Assembly: GCA_964626965.1 (NCBI GenBank)
Contig: CAZVHB010000003.1
Coordinates: forward strand, 12,256 to 76,255
Length of the DNA stretch: 64,000 nt
Reading direction: 5' to 3'
Source of the DNA: an uncultured Candidatus Saccharibacteria bacterium
GTDB lineage: Bacteria; Patescibacteriota; Minisyncoccia; Phycocordibacterales; UBA9973
Shown here: one piece after another, positions 19,479 to 30,198 of the stretch
Numbering within the stretch: the first letter of the stretch is position 1
Layout of the letters: each line of letters starts with the position of its first letter
Made by a program: the position numbers and the translations under genes
The notes under the pieces: model-generated
What the model was told of the DNA's origin: nothing
Databases searched by the model: none
What the model saw: the letters and a program-made list of their open reading frames with translations, nothing else

Positions 19479-21674
19479 ATGAATCAAAAAAAATTAAAAA
19501 AAAATGAAGATGAAGCACCAATTCCAAAAATTATCCAGCAAGGACTAGAACATAGTATGAACCCTGAAACAAGAAGAATTGTGAGTATGCTCGTTTTTTT
19601 CCTCGTCGGAATTATTTCACTCCTTGGAGTATTTAATGCAGGTGGTATTGTCGGTGAAGCACTCAAAAATGCTTTCAAATATGTCTTTGGTTTTTTGTAT
19701 TTTATTATTCCTTTCTTTTTCCTGTATTTTGGAATGAGGCTCATAAAGAGAAAAACATTACTTCCTGGTGCACGTATTTTTTGGGGTGGTGCACTTTTTG
19801 TCATCACACTACTTGGACTTGAAACACTCTCCATATTTACACGACAAGGAGGATTAATTGGAGAAGTTACTGTGTCACTCTTTTCAAAACTATTTGGAGT
19901 CATTGGGGCAATAACCACACTAGCAATCGGGCTCATTATTTCATTTATGATTCTTTTAAACACTCGCCCTGATTTCACACTCTTGTTAGAAAAATTAAAA
20001 TCATTCTTTACAAAACTACTCAAAGGAGGACTCTCTTTTGGAAAAAGTTCTATTCACCAGCTCTCACTACCAAAAGAAGATGACTATAGTGACGAAGGTC
20101 TCGAGATACATGAATCAATAGAAACACCGACACAAATGAATGATGTAAAAACAAAAAAAATTGTCGCTCATTCAGACACAGAAGAAGAAGACGTACCCGC
20201 CCCGAAAGCAAAAAAAAGAGACAGTGGAACATATGTCTTCCCTCCTACAGCACTCCTCTCTCGAGATCAAGGTAAGCCAAATACGGGTGACATCAAAGCA
20301 AATGCAAATATCATAAAACGAACACTGCAAAATTTTGGAATAGAAGTAGAGATGGATGAGATCACCGTCGGACCGACTGTCACCCGCTACGCTCTCAAAC
20401 CAGCAGAAGGAGTGAAACTCTCTCGTATTGTTGCACTTCAGAGTGACTTAGCACTCGCGCTCGCTGCCCACCCTATTCGTATTGAAGCACCAATTCCTGG
20501 TAAATCACTCGTTGGTATTGAAATACCGAACAAAGCAAAATCAATTATTGGGTTCTCAAACCTTATGGAAGATCCACTCTTCAAGAACGATCCGAAGCCA
20601 CTCTTGGTTGCGCTTGGGAAAAATATCTCAGGTAAAGCTCGTTTTGCAAACTTAGCGAAGATGCCACATGCACTCATTGCTGGAGCAACTGGTTCAGGAA
20701 AATCTGTCACGGTACATGCGATTATTACATCGCTCCTCTATCGAAATAGTTCAGATGATCTGAAGTTTATCTTTGTTGATCCGAAGCGTGTTGAACTCAC
20801 GATGTACAATGGACTTCCTCACCTCCTCACCCCTGTCATTACTGACCCAAAGAAAACCATTATGGCACTCAAATGGGCAGCAAAAGAAATGGAGAAGCGT
20901 TATGATATTCTTGAAAAAAGTAAAGTCCGAGATATTGCTTCATACCATGAAAATATCTACAACAAACGTAAAAATGACGAAATAGACAGAATGCCGTACA
21001 TTGTGATTATTATCGACGAATTAGCTGATATTATGTCTGCCTACCCACGAGAACTCGAGAGTGGTATCGTCCGCCTTGCACAAATGTCTCGAGCAGTTGG
21101 TATTCACCTGATCCTCTCAACTCAACGCCCAAGTGTAAATGTCATTACCGGACTCATCAAAGCAAACGTTCCTGCTCGTGTTGCACTCCAAGTTGCGAGT
21201 CAAATAGATTCACGAACTATTATCGATCAACCAGGTGCAGAAAAGCTTTTGGGAGCTGGAGATATGCTCTATTCTTCAGGTGAAATGTCTAGTCCTGAAC
21301 GTATCCAATGTGCCTATATTACAGAAAATGAGGTGAAAAACATTGTTTCCTTTATTAAGGATAATAATGATATACTAAGTGAAGATATCAATCTTTCTCC
21401 AGGTGCACTTGGAAATACAGATGGAGTATTTTCTGCAAATGTTGATGGAAATGATGACGATGATTTATATGAAGATGCTCGAGCGACCGTAATGGAAACA
21501 GGTAAAGCATCAACATCATTCCTCCAAAGGAAGCTTGGTGTTGGATACGCACGTGCTGCACGATTGATCGATATGATGGAAGAACGTGGAGTGGTTGGAC
21601 CAGGTAATGGTTCAAAACCACGAGAAGTGTTGCAAAAAAGTGTAGCTGAAGAAAAAGAAGAATTCGAAAACTAG
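19479..21674 (+). CDS. ftsK: DNA translocase FtsK/SpoIIIE
   Basis: N-terminal TM helices, 'GATGSGKSV' Walker A, 'IVIIIDELADIM', C-terminal gamma-like winged helix. Confidence 0.9.
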   Translation: MNQKKLKKNEDEAPIPKIIQQGLEHSMNPETRRIVSMLVFFLVGIISLLGVFNAGGIVGEALKNAFKYVFGFLYFIIPFFFLYFGMRLIKRKTLLPGARIFWGGALFVITLLGLETLSIFTRQGGLIGEVTVSLFSKLFGVIGAITTLAIGLIISFMILLNTRPDFTLLLEKLKSFFTKLLKGGLSFGKSSIHQLSLPKEDDYSDEGLEIHESIETPTQMNDVKTKKIVAHSDTEEEDVPAPKAKKRDSGTYVFPPTALLSRDQGKPNTGDIKANANIIKRTLQNFGIEVEMDEITVGPTVTRYALKPAEGVKLSRIVALQSDLALALAAHPIRIEAPIPGKSLVGIEIPNKAKSIIGFSNLMEDPLFKNDPKPLLVALGKNISGKARFANLAKMPHALIAGATGSGKSVTVHAIITSLLYRNSSDDLKFIFVDPKRVELTMYNGLPHLLTPVITDPKKTIMALKWAAKEMEKRYDILEKSKVRDIASYHENIYNKRKNDEIDRMPYIVIIIDELADIMSAYPRELESGIVRLAQMSRAVGIHLILSTQRPSVNVITGLIKANVPARVALQVASQIDSRTIIDQPGAEKLLGAGDMLYSSGEMSSPERIQCAYITENEVKNIVSFIKDNNDILSEDINLSPGALGNTDGVFSANVDGNDDDDLYEDARATVMETGKASTSFLQRKLGVGYARAARLIDMMEERGVVGPGNGSKPREVLQKSVAEEKEEFEN

Positions 21675-21678
21675 GTAT

Positions 21679-22023
21679 ATGAAAATAAAAATAATTACTA
21701 TTTGCATCATAAGTATATTTACAGTCTATGGACTCGCGAAGTCTAGTGATATATTTTTTGGAGCACCTGTTTCATTTGCTATAAAAAATGAAAGTACCGC
21801 ACGGATGGCAATCACTGGTAATGCAAAACACAGTAAAGAGATTTTCATCAACGGAGATGAAACAATGGTAAACACACAGGGTGATTTTAAATACGAATTT
21901 AGTCCCCTCCCTGGTGTAAACATCGTCACGCTCGTTACGAAAGATACCTTTGGTAATACACAAAAGAAAACCCACACATTTGTTTATAATAATACGCAGG
22001 AAAATAAAACTGCACAGAGATAA
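21679..22023 (+). CDS. small secreted hypothetical protein
   Basis: Signal peptide [20 protein letters not shown]; beta-rich; 114 aa. Confidence 0.4.
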   Translation: MKIKIITICIISIFTVYGLAKSSDIFFGAPVSFAIKNESTARMAITGNAKHSKEIFINGDETMVNTQGDFKYEFSPLPGVNIVTLVTKDTFGNTQKKTHTFVYNNTQENKTAQR

Positions 22024-22028
22024 TAACT

Positions 22029-23105
22029 ATGGCACTAAAAAAAGCAAAAAAAGAAGTAGTCTTAAAAACAACCAGCTCCCCTATTGAGGACACAATCAAA
22101 TCAATCCAAACAAAATTTGGTGAAGGTGCGATTATGAAACTCGGTGATGCTCCAAAAGTAGATATTGGTGTGATTCCAACAGGGTCACTTGGTCTTGATA
22201 TGGCGCTCGGTATCGGTGGAGTTCCACGAGGACGTATTATCGAAATATTTGGACCAGAGTCATCTGGAAAAACAACACTTGCTCTTCATATCGTCGCAGA
22301 AGCCCAAAAACAAGGTGGTGTATGTGCTTATATTGACGCAGAACACGCAATGGACCCAGAATATGCGAAAGCACTTGGTGTGAATATCAACGAACTTCTT
22401 ATCTCACAACCAGATACAGGAGAACAAGGACTTGAAATTACTGAATCACTTGTTCGGTCAGGTAAAATTGCTGTTATCGTTATTGACTCAGTTGCAGCGC
22501 TCACTCCAAAAGACGAGATCGAAGGAGATATGGGTGCTCATCATGTCGGGAAACAAGCGCGCCTCATGTCACAAGCACTTCGAAAACTCACTGCTATTGT
22601 TGCTCATTCAAACACTGTGGTGATCTTTATCAACCAAATCCGTATGCAAATCGGTGTGATGTTCGGAAATCCAGAAACAACTCCTGGAGGAAAAGCACTT
22701 AAATTCTACACTTCTGTTCGTCTTGATATCCGTCGTATTGCACAAATAAAAAAAGGTGAAGAAGTGGTGGGTGGTCGTACTCGTGTCAAAGTAGTCAAAA
22801 ACAAAGTCGCAGCACCATTCAAACAAACTGAATTCGATATTATTTATGGTGAAGGAATATCATTGGAAGGAGAAATCCTTGCCCTTGGTGAGAAACTCAA
22901 CCTGATCACCAAATCTGGTTCATCATATACTTATGTACGACCAGATGATAGCAAGAAAGGAGCAGACGAGAAAGAAGTAAAACTCGGACGTGGTTATGAT
23001 GCAAGTCGTACATTCCTCAAGGAGGACAAAAAGCTGACCGATGAACTCTTAAAAGAAATTAGAAAACGTTTTGATCAGATACAGGTTGCAAGTTCAGGAG
23101 AATAA
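22029..23105 (+). CDS. recA: recombinase RecA
   Basis: '[13 protein letters not shown]', 'AYIDAEHA', the L2 loop '[22 protein letters not shown]'. Confidence 0.95.
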   Translation: MALKKAKKEVVLKTTSSPIEDTIKSIQTKFGEGAIMKLGDAPKVDIGVIPTGSLGLDMALGIGGVPRGRIIEIFGPESSGKTTLALHIVAEAQKQGGVCAYIDAEHAMDPEYAKALGVNINELLISQPDTGEQGLEITESLVRSGKIAVIVIDSVAALTPKDEIEGDMGAHHVGKQARLMSQALRKLTAIVAHSNTVVIFINQIRMQIGVMFGNPETTPGGKALKFYTSVRLDIRRIAQIKKGEEVVGGRTRVKVVKNKVAAPFKQTEFDIIYGEGISLEGEILALGEKLNLITKSGSSYTYVRPDDSKKGADEKEVKLGRGYDASRTFLKEDKKLTDELLKEIRKRFDQIQVASSGE

Positions 23106-23165
23106 AATAAAAAGAATTCCTAATTAAAAATTTCTAATTTCTAATTAAAACAAAGCAAAAATACA

Positions 23166-23199
23166 AAAAGCAATGCGACCATAGGTCGCATTGCTTTTT
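23166..23199. terminator. bidirectional terminator between convergent recA and pilB
   Basis: AAAAAGCAATGCGACC-ATA-GGTCGCATTGCTTTTT. Confidence 0.75.
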
Positions 23200-23244
23200 G
23201 TATTTTAATTAGAAATTAGTTATTAGAAATTCTTAATTCTATGT

Positions 23245-24972
23245 TTATACTCCATACGCTTCTTGAAGTGTCGTGAGCCCAGAGAGTGCCTTAATGAGTG
23301 CATCTTCTCGAAGTGTAGTCATCCCTTTTGAACGAGCTAATTTAAAAATATCAGGTTCTACTGGACTCTTGAGAATCACTCTTTCGAGATCTTTATCAAC
23401 AGTCAAAGCCTCCATGACAGCCATACGTCCTTTCATACCTGAAGGAAATTCTTTACTTGGAATTGGTTCATACGTACATGGAGCATCTAAAGGAATGAGC
23501 TTCCTTACTTCCTCAGGAAGGTCTTCAAATTGCTTGATAATGAGAGCGCGAGTAGCTTCATCAATCGGTAGCTCTTTCTTCGGACCAGGAGCAAAAGTTC
23601 GTACAAGACGCTGACCAAGAGCGAGTGTGAGTGTCGGCGCAATCAAATACGGATCAACTCCCATATCAATTAAACGAGGAATAGCTCCAGTTGCAGTGTT
23701 GGTGTGAAGTGTTGAAAACACAATGTGACCTGTAAGCGCAGCTTGAATAGCAAGACTCGCTGTTTCAGCATCACGAATTTCTCCCACCATGATCACATCC
23801 GGGTCTTGACGGAGGATAGATCGAAGTCCAGCAGCAAATGTATATCCAATATCAGCCTGCACCTGAGACTGAGACACTCCGGGCATGTGATATTCCACAG
23901 GATCTTCTAGGGATACAACGTTCTCAGTATCTCGATCAATTTCATTTAACATAGAAAACAAAGTAGTAGACTTACCGGATCCAGTTGGACCAGTCATCAG
24001 AATAATTCCATATGGTTTATCGAGCGCTAATTTAATTGCATCAGTAGTACTTGGTCTCAAATGAAGCTCACTGAGTGATTTTACCCCTTTTTCAGCATCC
24101 AAAATACGCATCACCACCTTTTCTCCATAATAGGTTGGGAAAGTAGACAGACGAAAATCAATTTTACGACCACCAATTTGAGCTGAAAAGCCAGAGTCTT
24201 GTGGCCTTCGTTTTTCATCAAAACGAAGTTTCCCGAGAATTTTAATACGTGCAACAACCCCAGCAGAAACATTCAACGGCAGGTTGAGTACCGTATTGAG
24301 TGATCCATCTTGCCTAAAACGAACACGCACATCTTTACCAGAATTTTCAATGTGTATATCAGATGCATCCTTTGCAACAGCATCGTGCAAAATAGAGGAC
24401 ACAATTTTAATAATTGGAGCATCTTCAATAATCTTTTCTTCATCAACAAGCTCTCCTTTTTTTTGCTTACGCAGAATAGATGGATCATCAAGAGACACAA
24501 GGTCAGCACTCTCAAATTCAGTCAATGCCTCATCAACCTTATCAGAAAAATTATCGTAGTTTTTAAAAATAGCATCAAATACTTTTTGGGAGATAAGATA
24601 GTAAGCAAATGGCATACCAAGTTTCGCAACAATAAACTGTAGTGCGTCATTTGCTTGAATATTTGCTGGATCAACAACACCAACTTCAAGTGTGTTGTCA
24701 GTAACACCCAAAGGAACACAGTTATAGTACCGAGCAGATTCTTGAGGAATGTATTTTAATACTTCAAACGAAACATCTTTAGGATCAACATCTTTTGAAG
24801 GAATACCGTAAAAATCACTCTTTAAACGAAGTATTTGCTCCACAGTAAGTCCTTTCTCAATAAGCAGACTCTCTACATTGCCTTGGTGGGTGTCATTAAG
24901 TTCTTTAACAAACTCATCAAGTATCTCATTTGATATGATACCAAGCCGAGTTAAGTGCTGTAAAAATTCCAT
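23245..24972 (-). CDS. pilB: type IV pilus assembly ATPase PilB (GspE family)
   Basis: 'LMTGPTGSGKSTTLFSML', Asp/His boxes, N-terminal GSPII-like domain. Confidence 0.9.
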   Translation of the reverse strand: MEFLQHLTRLGIISNEILDEFVKELNDTHQGNVESLLIEKGLTVEQILRLKSDFYGIPSKDVDPKDVSFEVLKYIPQESARYYNCVPLGVTDNTLEVGVVDPANIQANDALQFIVAKLGMPFAYYLISQKVFDAIFKNYDNFSDKVDEALTEFESADLVSLDDPSILRKQKKGELVDEEKIIEDAPIIKIVSSILHDAVAKDASDIHIENSGKDVRVRFRQDGSLNTVLNLPLNVSAGVVARIKILGKLRFDEKRRPQDSGFSAQIGGRKIDFRLSTFPTYYGEKVVMRILDAEKGVKSLSELHLRPSTTDAIKLALDKPYGIILMTGPTGSGKSTTLFSMLNEIDRDTENVVSLEDPVEYHMPGVSQSQVQADIGYTFAAGLRSILRQDPDVIMVGEIRDAETASLAIQAALTGHIVFSTLHTNTATGAIPRLIDMGVDPYLIAPTLTLALGQRLVRTFAPGPKKELPIDEATRALIIKQFEDLPEEVRKLIPLDAPCTYEPIPSKEFPSGMKGRMAVMEALTVDKDLERVILKSPVEPDIFKLARSKGMTTLREDALIKALSGLTTLQEAYGV

Positions 24973-24977
24973 AATAA

Positions 24978-25655
24978 TTAAAGTTTAGGTGTCTTAAAAG
25001 ACTGCGTGTCCCCTGTTGTAATTTTACCGTCTTTTGTCTTAACTACAGCACGATAGTAATACACAGTATTTGGAGTAAGTTTAGTAATCGTATACGTAAA
25101 TGTAGAACTTGTACCTTTTACTGCTATAGGTGTTTTATTTTCAAAAGGAGGTGTCGCTAATTTTCCCCATTCAAAATATTGCTCTACTGTATCAGTGAGG
25201 GTATTTTCACCGACCAATAAACCACTTGAAAGAGTCGCACTAGTTACAGGGTTTGTTTTAATATACCCGGTCGTTGTAGTTGCACCCGATGTGACATATT
25301 CACCAGAAGATTCGTCACCAATAGGCAGAAAAGGGTTACTTCGGCCAACAGATTCATCGAGACGCTGTTCAGCATCAGCGGCAAGAGAAAAATCTTTGAG
25401 AGAAGTAAACTCAACTCGAGAAAATAGATTACTCGAGAGTTTAATACTGTTGATACTAAGCAGAAGTGACAAAAGCTCTTGGATATTCTCTTTTTTTACA
25501 GGAGCATCACCTGCGTCCCCGGCACTCACAGTGAGTCCATTTTTAGTTTCAGCGACAGGCCCTATATCTTGTCTCGGAGCAAATGTTTTATAGATAAAAA
25601 ATATTGTTACTAAAATAAGACCGGTAATTGTAATTTTTTTTACTGTTTTATTCAT
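24978..25655 (-). CDS. membrane-anchored hypothetical protein with C-terminal FN3-like domain inside the pil operon (PilP-like position)
   Basis: N-terminal TM 'ITITGLILVTIFFIY'; C-terminal 'VYYYRAVVKTKDGKITTGDTQSFKTP'. Confidence 0.4.
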   Translation of the reverse strand: MNKTVKKITITGLILVTIFFIYKTFAPRQDIGPVAETKNGLTVSAGDAGDAPVKKENIQELLSLLLSINSIKLSSNLFSRVEFTSLKDFSLAADAEQRLDESVGRSNPFLPIGDESSGEYVTSGATTTTGYIKTNPVTSATLSSGLLVGENTLTDTVEQYFEWGKLATPPFENKTPIAVKGTSSTFTYTITKLTPNTVYYYRAVVKTKDGKITTGDTQSFKTPKL

Positions 25656-25658
25656 ATA

Positions 25659-26282
25659 TTAACTCTTTAACCAGTACGTTTGTACCTTAAGAACATATTT
25701 AAGATTATTCCCCTCTTTTGGAACAATCTGCAATTGCTGAATGTCTACAATACGAAGACTCTTTTCAAGATCACCCAAAAAAGCGATAAAGTCACTATAT
25801 GTACCAATAAGTGTAAATTCTAATTCAAAACTTCCGTATTCTTTCTGATTTTCAAGTTCTTGTATTTTTGGATTTACAGGTTTTGCATCCTTCGCAGAAG
25901 CACCATCAGTACTTGCTGGGGCACCACCACTCACCGCACCTAACGAAGCTATTTTTTTATTTGGATCATATTTTGGATCTTCAAATGCAAGATTGTGTAC
26001 ACTTGTTGCAAGATGTTCAATTTCCAAAATAAGCTTCGTACTATTCACATCATCTGGCATTAAAATATTGAGACGATTCAAATCATCTTTCTGGAATTTA
26101 TTTTTTAAATCGAGAAGTTCTTCTCTCTTCTTGAGTAATATGGTTGAGTTTTGTACTGCTTTGTCATATTCAGCAACTTCTGCTTTTCTATCCTGAACTG
26201 CTTGATACTCATTTTTAGTAAAACCAAAAAACACACCAGCTGAGGCAAGAAGAATAAAAATCGGTAACATAAATTGTATCAT
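25659..26282 (-). CDS. pilO: type IV pilus assembly protein PilO-like
   Basis: Single N-terminal TM, coiled coil, position after pilN. Confidence 0.5.
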   Translation of the reverse strand: MIQFMLPIFILLASAGVFFGFTKNEYQAVQDRKAEVAEYDKAVQNSTILLKKREELLDLKNKFQKDDLNRLNILMPDDVNSTKLILEIEHLATSVHNLAFEDPKYDPNKKIASLGAVSGGAPASTDGASAKDAKPVNPKIQELENQKEYGSFELEFTLIGTYSDFIAFLGDLEKSLRIVDIQQLQIVPKEGNNLKYVLKVQTYWLKS

Positions 26283-26288
26283 AGGAAG

Positions 26289-27008
26289 CTAATTTGTGGT
26301 TTGACCATTACTAGTAATAGGAGGTATAGCAACTGGAGTAGACACAGGAGTCGCTTCAGGAAATGCAGCAGGTGGTGGAAGTGGTGTAGTTCGAGAACCA
26401 GATTGTGTTGCTTTCATAATATAGTTGGAATATTCAATTAAAATAGGACTTATGTCGAACATCAGGTTGAAAGTCACACTTCCATCCTTACTATTTACTA
26501 TATCTGAAAAAATCGCGTTACGTACGTATTGATTATCTGCAAGTTTTTTAGACTGGAGTGCCACATAAGGAAGAGATTCGGCTTTACCAGCAAGACGTAC
26601 TTGTATTTTAGAGGACCCACCAGTTCCAGTCACTGAATGACTAAACTGTGTGTACTGAACTTTCTTTAGAGTATTTGCATTGAGCACATTGACGAGTATT
26701 GGTGATACTGTCGTATGATTATTGAGAACTTTTTCTGCTGTATTAATACGTTTATCAAGTTGTTGTAAATCAGTAAGAGCCACTTGATCAAACTTCTCCC
26801 GAGCAGCTTTGAGGGTATTTTGTGATTTAATCACTTCTGCTTTTAGTTGGTTATTCCAAACATAAGTAAGAACAGAAAACCCGAGAACACAGAGAAGAAC
26901 AACACTCGCAATGACGGTAAAAATACTCATCGTTGTACTACTACTTGAACGAGTGGTCACGAGTGATTTTTTTGGAATGAAAGATGTTGTTTGAAAGGTT
27001 GGTTCCAT
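26289..27008 (-). CDS. pilN: type IV pilus assembly protein PilN-like
   Basis: Single TM 'VIASVVLLCVLGFSVLTYVW' then coiled-coil; follows pilM. Confidence 0.5.
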   Translation of the reverse strand: MEPTFQTTSFIPKKSLVTTRSSSSTTMSIFTVIASVVLLCVLGFSVLTYVWNNQLKAEVIKSQNTLKAAREKFDQVALTDLQQLDKRINTAEKVLNNHTTVSPILVNVLNANTLKKVQYTQFSHSVTGTGGSSKIQVRLAGKAESLPYVALQSKKLADNQYVRNAIFSDIVNSKDGSVTFNLMFDISPILIEYSNYIMKATQSGSRTTPLPPPAAFPEATPVSTPVAIPPITSNGQTTN

Positions 27009-27063
27009 AGTTTTATTTTAGTATAAATAGAGCGTTCTGTTAAGCAATGAGTCCCCAGAATAC

Positions 27064-28188
27064 CTACTGAATTTTTCGAAGTGCTACCCCGAGTGCGACT
27101 GAAAACTCAGGACCAATAGAATCCAAAACTGGTGTCAAAAAAGCTGGGGCTTCTACCTTGGAAAATGGATGGGCGATAATGACTTCAGCTGTAAAACGCT
27201 CCCTTGCAACATCAAGGATCCCTTTCAACAGAGCTCCACCCCCAGAGAGAAATATCTTTGATATTGTTTTATTACTTTTCTTTTCGTAGTTAAAGATAAC
27301 GCTTGAAGTTTCAGAAAAGATGTAGTTGAGTGAGAGAATAATAATTTCATCAATATTTTTTGCATTGGGGTCTTTATACAGTCCGTAGGTACGCTTGAGT
27401 TCTTCAGCATCAGCGAAAGAGAGACTGAGTGATTGTGATATTGCGCGAGTCATATCAACACCACCACGTCCAACAATATGAAACGTTCTTACGATACCGT
27501 ATTCCACAATAGAAAGTTTTGTCTTCCCTGCCCCAAAATCAATAAATAAAATTGGACTCAAATCATTTCCAATAACAGAACGAATGGCAGAAAATACTTC
27601 GAGCTCAAACATTGGATTAATAATTTTTGCTTTACTTAAAATATCATTGTATTGAGAAATTGTATCGTTATGAATCGCAACCGCCAATACTTCATTTTTA
27701 GGAGCAACATGGGTATCACCTTTTTTATCAAATACAGACTCTTCTTCTTTTGGGATTACCCAATAATCAAGAAGTACTTCAGATATTGGTACTGGTATAA
27801 ATTTACGTGCTTCAGTTGGAACAATGCTCTGGTACTCTTTTTCACTAATATTTGAAGGAAGCTCAAGAGTAAACAGTAAGCTGGAACTCGATGGTATCGC
27901 AACCCCTCCATCATAAACCGTCACACCAGACTCACGAATAATATCAGAGAGTGCCTGGACTATTTCAGGAACGGCAAGCGTAGTCACAGACCCGACAGGC
28001 TCTTTTTGGTACGGACCAAGTGCAAGTGTGCCGTATGTTTCTAAAATAGCTTTTCCTCCTTTCTTTTTGAGCTGTACAATCTTAATTGCAGACACACCAA
28101 CATCAATACCAATAACACTCTCGGCTGTTTTTTCAGAAGAGAATAGTTCTTTGGCTTCTTTTAGAATATCATCAAACAGATGTGTCAT
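27064..28188 (-). CDS. pilM: type IV pilus assembly protein PilM (actin-like ATPase fold)
   Basis: 'VIGIDVGVSAIKIVQLKKKGGKAILETYG', FtsA/PilM-like. Confidence 0.8.
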   Translation of the reverse strand: MTHLFDDILKEAKELFSSEKTAESVIGIDVGVSAIKIVQLKKKGGKAILETYGTLALGPYQKEPVGSVTTLAVPEIVQALSDIIRESGVTVYDGGVAIPSSSSLLFTLELPSNISEKEYQSIVPTEARKFIPVPISEVLLDYWVIPKEEESVFDKKGDTHVAPKNEVLAVAIHNDTISQYNDILSKAKIINPMFELEVFSAIRSVIGNDLSPILFIDFGAGKTKLSIVEYGIVRTFHIVGRGGVDMTRAISQSLSLSFADAEELKRTYGLYKDPNAKNIDEIIILSLNYIFSETSSVIFNYEKKSNKTISKIFLSGGGALLKGILDVARERFTAEVIIAHPFSKVEAPAFLTPVLDSIGPEFSVALGVALRKIQ

Positions 28189-28246
28189 TTGTGTTAAAGG
28201 TTACGATAGGTTAAAAATACGTTATACTTTATATACGACTCCGCAT

Positions 28247-28909
28247 ATGTATAGTATACAGTATATTTTTAAAAAAATCTTATTTCCACAACACTGTATT
28301 GTGTGCAAAAGAAATGATCCACTCTGTGATTCATGCGCACAATCACTTATTGGTATACCCCACATTCACAGAGAGAAAAAATACACGGAAATCACTCTAC
28401 TCCCCTACAAAAATAGAAATGTTTCTAACATTATTTGGGAACTTAAGTATAAAAACAACCAAGCACTACGAAAAAAAATTGTTTTAGCTACTCGTACAAT
28501 ACTCAACAAAGAGCTCTCACTCATCCTTCCCCAACAAACAAATCATGTTCACTGCATCAGTGTTCCTAAAAATAAAACGGATACTCTTAAACAAAGGGAT
28601 TTCGATCACGGGCTGTTATTAACAAAAGAATATGCAAAACAACTTCCCTACAACGTATCGATACTGACTGGCTACCTCTCAAAAGAGACTACACATAGAC
28701 AAGTAGAACATACAAAACGTCGTGATCGTATCCACCATATAAAAAATTCCATCACACAAACAGAAAAAATGAAAAACGTACCAAAAACCAATATACCTCT
28801 TATTATTATCGATGATGTAACAACAACAGGTGCAACTCGAGATGAGATGATTCGAGTAATGCACTATACATATACTGGTACCATTGTATTTATCGCGCTT
28901 GCGCACTAA
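28247..28909 (+). CDS. comF: competence protein ComF (phosphoribosyltransferase domain, N-terminal Cys4 zinc finger)
   Basis: 'CIVCKRNDPLCDSC' and the PRTase 'LIIIDDVTTTGATRDEM'. Start moved to MYSIQ (28247) because the ORF-track start overlaps pilM. Confidence 0.75.
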   Translation: MYSIQYIFKKILFPQHCIVCKRNDPLCDSCAQSLIGIPHIHREKKYTEITLLPYKNRNVSNIIWELKYKNNQALRKKIVLATRTILNKELSLILPQQTNHVHCISVPKNKTDTLKQRDFDHGLLLTKEYAKQLPYNVSILTGYLSKETTHRQVEHTKRRDRIHHIKNSITQTEKMKNVPKTNIPLIIIDDVTTTGATRDEMIRVMHYTYTGTIVFIALAH

Positions 28910-28950
28910 CGCTATACCACACACCTCTCTTGTGCTACTATTAGGGATGT

Positions 28951-30153
28951 ATGAAAAAGAGCACAAGAACCTGCGTTGAATGTGGAAACAATCAGACAAA
29001 CCACACACTCACCTGGTTTGGAAACACAACAGGAATCCTTTTTACTCCATTGGATAAAGTTCTCGTGAATAACTTTCTAGGAAAACTCCTCGGACGAAGT
29101 ATCGATCGGATGACGAAACCATACTTACAAATTCTTCATACATGTCATTTAATACGATGGAATACCGATAGCACTAAAGCACTGACAAAACGCTCAGAAG
29201 TTATTTGGGATGAAGCAAAAAAAAGAGGAATTACCATGAAGCAACTCGTTATCCTTAACAAACCTGTAGAATTTTATACTGCGACTTTAAAAAACGGGCG
29301 TCAGTTATTTTTCGAAAGTGTCCCACAAACAAAAAAAGGATTTATCGAAAGTTATGCGTGGATGGATGACAAAAGTATTCTTAAGAAGAAATTACAACAA
29401 AAGAGCATCGCGACTCCATATGGAGGGAGTGTCTGGACTTTTAATCAAGCAAGAAAAATTTTTAATGCAGTACAAAAGCCGGTGATTATTAAGCCACGAG
29501 TTGGTTCACGAGGTCGTCACACAACAACATTTCTCTACACAGAAGAAGATTTAAAAAAAGCATATGATAGTGCAAAAAAATTATGTTTTTTTGTTGTTGT
29601 TGAAGAACATCTCATTGGGAGTGTGTATCGAGGGACCTGTATCAACGGAGTGCTCTATGGGGTTCTTGAAGGAATGCCTCCACGAATTACAGGAGATGGT
29701 ATTTCAACTATCACAGAACTTATTACAATAAAAAATGAAGAAAGTAAAAATTCAACGGTCAAAGCTGTAGTAAAAAATGACAAACTCTCAACATTCCTAT
29801 CACGTATCGGTTACACCGAAGATACAGTACTCCCAAAAGACATCACGATAGATGTATCAGAGAAAGTCGGACTCTCTTACGGTGGAGATAGTCGTGAACT
29901 CTTCCCTGAAACACATCCAGAGATAAGAAAAGAGATCGAACGAGCAGCGGTTATGGTTGACGCGGGAGTCATCGGCTTTGATTTCATTATTCAAGATCCA
30001 ACAAAAGACCCAGCTAATCAAAAATGGGGTATTATAGAGTGTAATTCCCTGCCGTTTATTAATTTACATCATTTCCCAAATACAGGAGAACCAGTAGATA
30101 TCGCTCAACACATCTGGAACGAAATAGAAAAACAAACTCAAACTAAAAAATAA
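28951..30153 (+). CDS. ATP-grasp domain protein (RimK/cyanophycin-synthetase-like ligase), N-terminal Cys-rich segment
   Basis: ATP-grasp-like 'VIIKPRVGSRGRHTT', 'GFDFIIQDP...WGIIECNSLP'. Confidence 0.5.
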   Translation: MKKSTRTCVECGNNQTNHTLTWFGNTTGILFTPLDKVLVNNFLGKLLGRSIDRMTKPYLQILHTCHLIRWNTDSTKALTKRSEVIWDEAKKRGITMKQLVILNKPVEFYTATLKNGRQLFFESVPQTKKGFIESYAWMDDKSILKKKLQQKSIATPYGGSVWTFNQARKIFNAVQKPVIIKPRVGSRGRHTTTFLYTEEDLKKAYDSAKKLCFFVVVEEHLIGSVYRGTCINGVLYGVLEGMPPRITGDGISTITELITIKNEESKNSTVKAVVKNDKLSTFLSRIGYTEDTVLPKDITIDVSEKVGLSYGGDSRELFPETHPEIRKEIERAAVMVDAGVIGFDFIIQDPTKDPANQKWGIIECNSLPFINLHHFPNTGEPVDIAQHIWNEIEKQTQTKK

Positions 30154-30198
30154 AAACCCTACGAGAGGGTTTTTATTTTTCTAAGAAAATATTTTTTC

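Noticed and set aside
19484-20023. 179-aa minus-strand ORF overlapping the 5' part of ftsK
   Set aside because: It is antisense to the conserved FtsK N-terminus and has low-complexity composition.
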